Origin: Spironucleus salmonicida
Lineage: Eukaryota
NCBI RefSeq assembly: GCF_000497125.1
Contig: NC_090600.1
Location: 1,261,197-1,325,196, forward strand
Reading direction: 5' to 3'
Length of the DNA stretch: 64,000 bases
Shown: positions 1 to 9,811 of the stretch, one piece after another
Layout of the letters: every line of letters begins with the position of its first letter
Position numbering within the stretch: the first letter of the stretch is position 1
Made by a program: the position numbers and the translations under genes
Notes under the pieces: generated by a model
The model's database searches: none
Told to the model about the DNA's origin: nothing
Seen by the model: only the letters and a program-made list of their open reading frames with translations

Positions 1-886
1 TAAAGTCTTTGAAAAGGCGACGGGCTAAATCTTCTGCTAGCTGAAGTTATCGGAATGCCCAAGCAATAATAGGCTGTTCAAAAATATTTTCGTCTGATTT
101 AAAGTATTTAATAGAATTTTAAAGACACTCATCAAAGTAATTATACCAAATGAAAACTGAGTCATTCGACGTTTTCAGACCACAAAAAATAAGACCTAAT
201 AAATGCGAAAGAATAACCTTGCATAATGGTACTTTGTTACCTTTAAACATAAAATCAAACTAGTTTGGTAAATATGTGAAAGCTTGCAATGCTAGTTTAG
301 CATGCGGGAGAGCCTCTTTATATCGATAAGCGTATTGATAAGCATATGCTAAATTTATGTTTAAAGATAACCCCTCATCAAGTCCTTTGGGGTCAAATTA
401 ATATGCTTCTTCTAGAGTTAACAGAGTAGGCTCTGGTTTTTTAAGATAATTAAAGGCTTATGCTTTGATTATCATTAGTTACTGAATTAAAGGTTTGGTA
501 AGCGGAATCTTACATTTAGTAGTGAATAAAGTCAAATGGTTAAACAGAAAAATTGCATTCTCTGGTTATTTCTTTGAAAGCCGTGATAAATCAATTATTG
601 CCGCATGCAAAAACTGCAATACAACATGTTAAGTTTACTTACAATGCTAATAGTGAGTTATCAATTTTAACATTGCCTTGGAAATATATTTGTATACTAG
701 TTCATCTGTTTGCTTGTCTTAAAAATTGCTATAAAACGATAATAGGCTTTTTGTTATCTTAATAATGTCTTCAGCTTCTCCAAATTATTTCATCTACTGT
801 ATTATTTCCTATTTTGTCTCTATTTAGAGATCTGAATAGTAAATATATGGGGAACCAAAAAACCATGGTTTTGATAATGCTTTCAT
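1..886 (-). CDS. TPR-like helical repeat protein, 3' end beyond window
   Basis: ATG at 886 (MKALSKPWFFGSPY...), read with table 6; segment LNINLAYAYQYAYRYKEALPHAKLALQAF resembles a TPR unit. Confidence 0.6.
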
Positions 887-925
887 TTGAAATTTTTGAG
901 ATAATATATAATAATATAATAATAA

Positions 926-2899
926 TCATTCAGTCGCTACAAAATAAAATACAGATTGTAGATCATCTAAATCTTTGGAAAGGTGGAACTCGCCATGCAT
1001 AGTATCGCACATTTGATTTAATGCCGTATAATCAGTATCGCCGAATGCAACTACGTGCAAATCCATATCTTCCTCTAATTACTTATAAACGATCTCAGAT
1101 TTTTCCGAATCGTATTTAACATCCCCATCGGTAAAAACAATGCAAATTTGCTCATAACTCAGTGCTTTCATATCACCTTTATACTACACCTTGCTGCAAG
1201 CTATGATTCCACTCAAAATGTCTGATTAACCAGCAACTTGAATATTATTAATTTTCTAAAATATTAGCTGAATATTCTAAACTTTATCGAGCAAAATAGT
1301 AGCCTCCGAGTTAAAAATGATCAGACTAAAAATATCGTCCACATAGTTTTGCCTATTTCTCAGATAAAGGATTATCCGGTCTATTACGGCCCCGAACAGA
1401 TTCCGCCATTCGTTCTTGAAATTCACAGGTTCGTACAGGTTTTTCATGCACGAATTCATGCTCCCAGACGCATCGACCACAAATACCGTGTGACGCTTCG
1501 ATTTAAACTAGAACTTCAACGGCGTAAAACAGTCCAATTCGAGGTTTTTGACGGTCTTCGACACCGTCCCATACCGAACCCGTTTGACTACGCCCTGTAA
1601 ATTCGGTGTCAGGCGCAGACAAACCTCGTAGCTGCGCTTCTCGCGCGGCAGTTCCTTGTCGAGTTAGTCCAGTGACAGATGGAAGCCGCCGATCGGGTCA
1701 GACGACCCCTTGTAGACGTGGAATTCACCGTATTCCTCAATCTCAGCAGCCTCAAACTAGTGAATCACTATATCCACGAAATCGTCTTTCTGGTGCGATG
1801 GCAGCGCCGCAATATAGTTGATCACGAAGTCCTCGGCGTTGTCTGCGAAGTAATCCCCAGGCTTGATGAGGATTTTGCATGCGTTCACGACAAATGTCTT
1901 TCCGTTTTGCTCCAGGAACGTTAATTCGATGTTCCTGATATCAATTTTGGAGTCGAACTGAACAAGTGTCTCTACGCCGAAAAAGTGCGCGCTCTGTGTA
2001 CCCTAGATCTTGATGTCATTGATGTCGTCCTGACAGTAGCCAAGACAGCAGAATACTTTACCGTATTTTGCGATTTTTACGTCCTTGGAGTTTTTGAAAA
2101 CTGCGGTATTACCACCTATCGCCATAGTAATTTTGCTTATTTTCACACTAGGGACACCGTTTTTGACCTCGATTTTCTCAGGGTTTCCGACAGAAATCGT
2201 GTTCCCGATGTCTATAATAGTGTGGTAGAACTGCTAGTTTTTGCAGTCGATGATGCTAATTTTGGTTCCATTCTTTGCCTCGAGCTTTTCGAGCGCAAAA
2301 AGGTAGTAAACTAGACCTTTTTCTTGCTCTTTCATGGAGACTTTTAGTTCGTCTACCTGACTACCGAAGGCGAAGTTGAAAACCTTCAGTATTGCTGCTT
2401 TCTACTTTTCTGAGCAATTTTAATTTTAAATAAGGTAAATTTATGTGTTTTAGTAGTTGTAGTCTTTGACTTTTAGTACATTTATAAAGTATCTTTTAAT
2501 TTCTTTTGATAGAACTCTAAAATACGCTAACAGGACATAATAGAATGGATAGTTTCGCTTATTTGTTGGACAAACAATAAGTGGTAGATTAGGGAATTGG
2601 ATCATATCGTCTGTGCTTGCAAAAAGTGCTTTTAATATATTTTTAAAGACAATTATATTATCCTATTTATATGAGTGATGATGAGTCTTTTTATTATTTA
2701 ATAGAAGATATGAATAATCTGCGTTTATTTAGTCGACTGCTGAGTTATTCATGTCACAATACAAATCAGAACTTATAACTGAGTCGTCAAATGTCTTAGT
2801 TTGAAGCCATGGATTGCAAATTAATGATTTAGTTTTTATAATTACTTTTGTATTACTGGATCCTAGATCAATATAAATTTATCTTTAACTTTGTAGCAT
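926..2899 (-). CDS. 657-aa protein: degenerate Hsp70/ASKHA-like N-terminus plus C-terminal VWA domain
   Basis: Table-6 ORF; MIDAS-type FVVDASGSM, FSLIIFN, IVFTDG, LHVVAFG near the C-terminus; IYIDLGSSNTKV at the N-terminus. Confidence 0.8.
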
Positions 2900-3141
2900 G
2901 TTAAAAAATGAAATAAAGAGAACAATTTTTAATATAATATCAATACTATTTAATTTCTCTTTAATATTTATATTTTAGAATTGATCAATACGGATCTGAT
3001 CATAATTATACAGTATAAATATAAATTTAATGCAACTAAAATTTACTGTTAAATATGCTTAAAGAATATTTGAAATAATAATATATATAATTATTATATA
3101 TAATATATATTAAATTTATTTCCTTCCATTTTTCCGCTTAA

Positions 3142-3735
3142 ATGTCAAAACCTGTTTCGTGTAAAGACGCAATTAAGTTATATGCACAGAAAGTAACTGA
3201 CGAGCTTAGAAAAGATAATCCAGAAGCACCTGAAGCTAAACCCGAAGAGCTTAAAGAAGTTTTACTTTATTACTAGTATCCTCCTATGGATAAAATGGAT
3301 GCATCTCTTTAGACTCTGAAGGAATGTGAAAAACTTTCTCTTTCGTCTAATAATATAGATAAAATAACGGGTATTTCAAATCTTCCTCACCTTAAAATAC
3401 TCTCACTTGGCCGTAATGCAATCAAAAAGATCGAGGGGTTAGATGGAGTTAAAGATACTTTATAATAGCTTTGGATATCTCATAATTTAATTGAAAAATT
3501 ACACCCTCTTTTAACTCTTAAAAATTTACAAGTCCTTTATATGGCTTGTAATAATATCAACTCTTGGGGTGAAATTGAAAGGTTGTCCGAATTACCTAAC
3601 TTATAAGAAATCTCATTTATTGGAAATCCTTTACAGATTAGTACTGCTGATTGGAGAAAGTAGGTCTTCAAGAGACTTCCAAACTTAAAAAAGTTAGATG
3701 GAGTACCTCCTAGTGATGAGGATTTGGCAGGATGA
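3142..3735 (+). CDS. DNAL1: Axonemal outer-arm dynein light chain 1 (LRR protein), 197 aa
   Basis: PPMDKMDASLQTLKECEKLSLSSNNIDKI...LKILSLGRNAIKKIEGL...RLPNLKKLDG; AGTGA directly after the stop. Confidence 0.93.
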
Positions 3736-3792
3736 AGTGAGATGAAAACTATTATATATATTATACACTATTTTTAATATTCATTTTTACTA

Positions 3793-4551
3793 ATGCCGTC
3801 ATGGAAAGAAGTACGCGAGAAAGAAAAATAAGCCAATTTATAGAGAAAATCGGATAGAAGAGAGGTTCAACTTTAGTAGATGACTACAGAATAGCTAGAG
3901 ATCTACGATGAAGCACATAGGATTTTTAAAATAGAAAAAATAAACGAATAAAGAGCAGAAAAATAAATATAAAAATCAAGAGCTCAACAGGCAAAACCTC
4001 TTATTATTGATTTAGCTTATTATGAACTCATGAAGCCTGCTGAAATTAAGTCACTCCATCAATAAATTATGTTTTGTTACTCGATTTCTCTTAAGTCACT
4101 TAATCCACTGAAAATGAGTTTATATAATTATAAAGAATAAGTTCTAGAGATGTAAAAAGTCCATGGTTTCGATGATTGGATAATTGATAAGACCGATACT
4201 ACTCTCGATGAGTAGATTAAAGGTTTGCGTGAAAACGGGAAGGATGTACCGTATATTTACCTCTCCGGGGATGCTGAAACCGAGATTTCCAGCTTTGATG
4301 TTTCAAAAATTTATATTATCGGTGGATTAGTGGATAGAAATAGGCATAAAAATGCTGCCTTGAACAGAGCGAATGAGCTCGGAATACCGTCTGTGAAGAT
4401 TAACTTGAAGTAGTTCGCGCAGCTAAAAAGTAGCTAAATTATAGCAGTCAATCATATCTTTGAGATGATGACGAAGCTCAATGAGAATGGTGATTTGAAG
4501 GAAGCTGTTTTAGAAGTATTGCCAGGGAGGAAAGTTTAGAAAGCAAAGTGA
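3793..4551 (+). CDS. TRM10: tRNA (guanine-9-N1)-methyltransferase Trm10, copy A, 252 aa
   Basis: IIDLAYYELM...EIKSL..QI; YIYLSGDAE; YIIGGLVDRNRHK; AVNHIFE; ends AAGTGA. Confidence 0.92.
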
Positions 4552-4687
4552 TAGTAGGAATATTAAGAAGCATTATTTTAGATTAGTATTAAAAGTCAAA
4601 TATTTATAAGCTATGAATAAACGTTTATTAAAAATAATATTATATGTTTACTATAATGGAAAATTGGTTTTATTTTTTCATAATGAC

Positions 4688-4907
4688 AAAATTTGCACCT
4701 GGCAAGACTTGAACTTGCAGCCCCTTGATCCGTAGTCAAGTGCGCTATCCAATTACGCCACAGGAGCATGGTAACGATAAGTGTATGGCACCTAGTGTGG
4801 GCATTAGCTGGCCGGCCAGGTTTAACGCTGTGGTGGCAGCGAGCGGCGCCTGCCCGGAAAGTGGCAGCATCCTGACAGCGCAGCAGGGTATTGCATGGCG
4901 TGGGCAG
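4688..4907. repeat. Left arm of 220-bp inverted repeat (partner 5659-5878)
   Basis: Reverse complement of 5659-5878 with 2 mismatches (near 4875 and 4897). Confidence 0.95.
4694..4767 (-). tRNA. tRNA-Arg(ACG), copy 1
   Basis: GCTCCTGTGGCGTAATTGGATAGCGCACTTGACTACGGATCAAGGGGCTGCAAGTTCAAGTCTTGCCAGGTGCA; cloverleaf with anticodon loop CT-ACG-GA; T-run downstream. Confidence 0.95.
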
Positions 4908-5015
4908 AGTCAACATAGTAGAAAACTAGGTGATTTGTTTATATTAAAATTGTGATTACTTAGTTAAAAAATAAATTTAGTAAAATTATACAATTTATAT
5001 GATTAAGCAAATGCT

Positions 5016-5462
5016 ATGATAGAAATTGATTTTACAGGTGAATAAAATTAGTTATAGTCTTCTAAACCGAAATTTTAGGATATCCAGACGCTCATTATTT
5101 CCTTCTTCAGCAGCGTGGCCGAGCTGTTTATATTCCTGGTCATCATTACCAAGAGAAAGCTCAGACTAAAATTGGAGAGCTGGTTCACTCTCACCAAGAG
5201 TATCCATTCCTACTTCGTGGTGCAGATCCTGTTCTCGTTCATCTAGGGCCCGCAGGACATCTTCCCCTCGCCTGGCACCACCGTACTTCCCAATGTGTTC
5301 TACACCACCTACAACACCGCGCTATCCTATCTGCTGATAGCTGGATGGATCTGCAACACAGTAGCTTACCTGCTATACATGGTTGCCGCGGCGAACAGGA
5401 AGACGCAGTACAAGGCCGCAAAGAAGGCTGGGGCCGAGTCTGAGGTCATCCAGCTGTACTGA
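5016..5462 (+). CDS. Small multi-pass membrane protein (148 aa), GC-rich paralog of 49577-50369
   Basis: Table-6 ORF ...DIQTLIISFFSSVAELFIFLVII...FTLTKSIHSYFVVQILFSFIQGPQDIFP...GWICN...; aligns by eye to the minus-strand gene at ~50 kb; start uncertain, may be 5'-truncated. Confidence 0.75.
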
Positions 5463-5471
5463 GGTATGTTT

Positions 5472-5798
5472 TCACTTAGGAACTGCGCAAGGGTTTCCAG
5501 GTATCACGCTAGAGGCGAAATATGACTACGTGATCCCGACAACAGCGCCCGCAGAAATTTCATGGCACCCTGCATCTTTGCTGGCCTGGCTGCGCAACTC
5601 ATGCCGCCCTCCTATATCGTACGCTGCCCTGCACTCGTCCACAATTTCCATCTGCCACCTGCCCACGCTATGCAATACCCTGCTGCGCTGCCAGGATGCT
5701 GCCACTTTCCGGGCAGGCGCCGCTCGCTGCCACCACAGCGTTAAACCTGGCCGGCCAGCTAATGCCCACACTAGGTGCCATACACTTATCGTTACCAT
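5472..5798 (-). CDS. Putative short GC-rich ORF (108 aa, or 59 aa from ATG 5651), divergent from tRNA copy 2
   Basis: Open in table 6 and ends in AAGTGA; no recognisable family; the equivalent frame in the other repeat arm has an in-frame TGA. Confidence 0.3.
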
Positions 5799-5878
5799 GC
5801 TCCTGTGGCGTAATTGGATAGCGCACTTGACTACGGATCAAGGGGCTGCAAGTTCAAGTCTTGCCAGGTGCAAATTTT
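5659..5878. repeat. Right arm of 220-bp inverted repeat
   Basis: Reverse complement of 4688-4907. Confidence 0.95.
5799..5872 (+). tRNA. tRNA-Arg(ACG), copy 2
   Basis: Identical to copy 1; followed by AATTTTT (Pol III terminator-like). Confidence 0.95.
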
Positions 5879-6110
5879 TCATCCGAGGATATGGTCTATC
5901 TAATAATAATGAGATGCAGTATTTACGCTTCTAGATGATATAGAGTCCTACATATCGATTCTTCGCTGTCCCTGAGTACAAGAGTCTCTAGTCATCCTAT
6001 ATAGGTAGTAAACACAGAGTGGTTCTAGTTTGTCAAAAACCAAAGAACACGCCGTTTAAAATGTCCAGTGTACTCCCTATAAAATCACTTTTAATATGAA
6101 ACATATTTTG

Positions 6111-9100
6111 TCAATAATTTATTAAAATATGTTTGACCGCATATAAAAATAACTCCCATGTATTTTAAGAAGCTAATTATATGATAATACTAGATATATT
6201 ATCATCAGGATTATTTATACAGATATCCATAAGACATTATAAGGTTAAAACCTTATCAGATATATCTCTAAGATATACATAGGATGCTATACCAATACAT
6301 GCAGATATAATTTTTTATCTTTAATAACTCATTTAAGATTATGTATAAACAGCAGCCTTTTGGTATGGTATTAATGATTAGTAAATATTTTCTACAACAT
6401 TGAGCTTATACTTAATTTTTTCTTCATCTACTAAAAATGAGATATTTGCAGTACAAATAGCTCGAAAATCTAAATAATATGCAGATGATTTATATTTTAA
6501 AACTGCAATACAAGCTAGTTTAAGCCTAAATATAGGGCCACCAATAATCATAATTGATGCTAAATTCTATGGAAGTTGGTCAAATAAATTAACTAATGAA
6601 CTATACTAAAGCTACATTATAGGGTCAAGGGCATTTTTTGGTGTTGAAAAAAGATTATATGTACGATCTTATTAAGAATCCACTTATGGTAATGATGGAT
6701 ATTCTAATAGATTTAATAATCCTTATGACTCTTCTTAAATATCTTAAAGTTTATTTTTATTCAATTTTTGAATAATAATATTAAAAAAAGCTTTTGGATT
6801 TAATTACGAAACATCAGTAATTTTGCCTTAATCTTATAATGTTGAAAAATCGTCGTCGATATATCTGTAACCTTAAGTTAACTATAAACTTGATTTTGCA
6901 GAAAATGATTTCTATATAACGATTTTTTTATTAATATTGTTAGGTTAAATAATATTAGATGATTATGAGCTAGAGTCAGTAAAGACATCTAATTTTCCTG
7001 CTTCCGAATTAAGTTATATATCTTAAGGAGAAATAAGACCAGATTCAAAATTTGTAAAAGAAATTCTGGAAAAAGGTTGATTTTAATCTTTTAAAGTAGA
7101 ATAAACTTCAGTTTCTGGATTCTAAGTCATGATATTGGTTGGAGCAGTGAACATATCGTTACTAGGGTTCTAAGTCATGATATTGGTTGGAGCAGTGAAC
7201 ATATCGTTACCAGGGTTCTAAGTCATGATATTGGTTGGAGCAGTGAACATATCGTTACCAGGGTTCTAAGTCATGATATTGGTTGGAGCAGTGAACATAT
7301 CGTTACCAGGGTTCTAAGTCATGATATTGGTTGGAGCAGTGAACATATCGTTACCAGGGTTCTAAGTCATGATATTGGTTGGAGCAGTGAACATATCGTT
7401 ACCAGGGTTCTAAGTCATGATATTGGTTGGAGCAGTGAACATATCGTTACCAGGGTTCTAAGTCATGATATTGGTTGGAGCAGTGAACATATCGTTACCA
7501 GGGTTCTAAGTCATGATATTGGTTGGAGCAGTGAACATATCGTTACCAGGGTTCTAAGTCATGATATTGGTTGGAGCAGTGAACATATCGTTACCAGGGT
7601 TCTAAGTCATGATATTGGTTGGAGCAGTGAACATATCGTTACCAGGGTTCTAAGTCATGATATTGGTTGGAGCAGTGAACATATCGTTACCAGGGTTCTA
7701 AGTCATGATATTGGTTGGAGCAGTGAACATATCGTTACCAGGGTTCTAAGTCATGATATTGGTTGGAGCAGTGAACATATCGTTACCAGGGTTCTAAACG
7801 GATATTGGAATCTCACATATTGATACATTTTCACTTACTGCTTCTGTATTTAGAGGTGGAAAATAGTTGGTATATTAACTAGATTCAGTTATGTTCTCAT
7901 TTGATTAAATGTTCTCTAAGAATTAATTATAATAGCTTACAAGTTATTATTAGTAATCATTACCTGATAAATCCTCAGAAATATTATGAATAACTGCTGA
8001 GGTTAATTCTGGGGTATCCTCATAATCGCATACATCATTATTAGTAGTATTTAAATAAGGAACAATTGGTGGATCACAAATATTCTATTGTTGATTTTTG
8101 GTATTAATTTATAGAGATGATTCCTCAAAATTTGTTATTTTTGGTGTGATATCTGGCACAGTAAATTATGGCTCAATAATATTATATACTTAACTATTAA
8201 GCTAAGATTCAAATTATGGCTATGTTGTAAAAGTAGTTAATGGATAATTAACATGATGTATTATTTCCCTATATGAGTTAAATGTATCTGATACAAAAGA
8301 TTAGACTGACACAATATCATTACCACATGAATTGTACTAATCTGAATATACTGATGCTATATCATTTTATGCCTATTTATAATAAAATTCTGGTATAATA
8401 GATTAGTTGTCTAAGTTTTATATTTTTTATTATCTTAAATCTTTTTAGACTAGCTCCCATAAATCTACTGGGGTTGCAGCATTATTTTCTAAATTTACAT
8501 TTAATGTTTTAATAGGCTACATATCTATAACTTCTTCCTATTGATTTAATTCCGACTCTAATTTCTATAATAACTTGTCCAAATTTTTGCTTTTGCTAAT
8601 TAAATGCTATTATGCATAAAAATCATCCATCATAAATGTTTATAGGTCAAACTGTTAGATTAATTATATACTATTTTACAACAATTCATCAAAAGAAATA
8701 TCAGATTAATACTAAAATAATAATAATAAATAATATTTACTACATTTATCATCATCCAGTAAAAAATTATCTAGCTAATCAATAGTAACATATCTAACAC
8801 CGGAACTCCTCTTAGTTTATTCACTAATGACACAATAACCTACCAATGTTTTGATTTCACAGCTGATTTCCATAATCTCAAAGACATTCTAAGCATTAAC
8901 ATTAAGTATAAATAGATCATATTTATTTTCTTTATACATAAAAGATTATTTTTCAAATTATAATTATGATTGTTGTATGTTCAAAGATGGTGGGTTTATC
9001 AAATAGAATTCTTTGTAGTGAAATACTGGTTCATCTTGGATAACCTACTACCTAATTTTTACCTCTAATTATGGTACTCTGCGCTGAAATTCTAACATTC

Positions 9101-9575
9101 TCAGTAAAATTAATGCCACAGTGCGCTCTTCCTACCTTCTAGAGAAAAAGCGGCAAACAAAAATTATTACAATGAAGCTAAATCCTAAAAACATACTTAA
9201 GGCAAATTCTGAAGATAAAGTAGACAAAACAGAAAATTAGATATCAATTTGCTGTATTTTAAGGTCATTTTAATCATAAACTATCAAAGAAGTATTGAGT
9301 TTCTTCATTTTTTGTACTGTGAACTGAATCTCGCATGCATCTTAAATATAAGGTAGTATTCTAAATGTGAACTGCATTCCCGGGATTTTAACTTGATATC
9401 TTAAACAAAATTGCGTCAAATTCTCCAGTTTATTAGGGCGGAAGTCGAATTCTATGAACTTGTCAAGCTCTGAGAAGTCTAGAATAATAGTGAATTAGTT
9501 TAGTAAATTCGATGAAAGTTGGAGCTCGCCGGTGAATTATGGTAATAAAACAACTGCTATCATGCAGTTCAACAT
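6111..9575 (-). CDS. 1154-aa predicted single-pass membrane protein with 16-aa tandem repeats
   Basis: Uninterrupted table-6 ORF; hydrophobic N-terminus MLNCMIAVVLLP; TM FALSMFLGFSFIVIIFVC followed by RFFSRR; CCACTCC upstream of the ATG. Confidence 0.8.
7117..7797. repeat. Coding minisatellite: 14 copies plus 9 bp of a 48-bp unit
   Basis: Unit GGGTTCTAAGTCATGATATTGGTTGGAGCAGTGAACATATCGTTACCA; only the first unit deviates; encodes QNPGNDMFTAPTNIMT on the minus strand. Confidence 0.97.
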
Positions 9576-9578
9576 TTT

Positions 9579-9585
9579 GGAGTGG
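9579..9585 (-). promoter_or_regulatory. C-rich CCACTCC motif upstream of ATG 9575
   Basis: The same motif precedes the ATGs at 14403 and 54829. Confidence 0.55.
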
Positions 9586-9811
9586 AGAGTATACTACATA
9601 GAATATATAGTAGTCACTGTGTAACAATCACTATTCTTAAGTAATTAATAAAATATTAGATAGGTTTTATTACTAGAAATAAACAATTGCTTGCAAACTA
9701 AATAATATATATAAACTAGTTTATAGGTTATTTTTAATTTTTTTCACAATTGATACAATTTTATTAATATTGTTATATAATAGTTTATAATTATTTTGGA
9801 AATCAATAGAA

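Noticed and set aside
1349-2314. Supplied plus-strand ORFs (1349, 1606, 1679, 1985)
   Set aside because: Antisense shadows of the GC-rich core of the minus-strand VWA gene
5464-5472. GTATGTTTT intron donor-like sequence
   Set aside because: It lies just after the stop of 5016-5462 and I found no matching branch point or acceptor on the same strand
4611-5934. Supplied ORFs 4611-4916, 4725-4955 and 5383-5934 as proteins
   Set aside because: They read through tRNA genes and the GC-rich repeat arms and carry no protein motifs
7117-7797. CRISPR-like array
   Set aside because: Units are contiguous with no unique spacers, there are no cas genes, and the context is eukaryotic and in-frame coding
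6181-7800. Plus-strand gene running into the repeat
   Set aside because: In-frame TGA at 6769 and 7078; the minus frame is uninterrupted for 1154 codons
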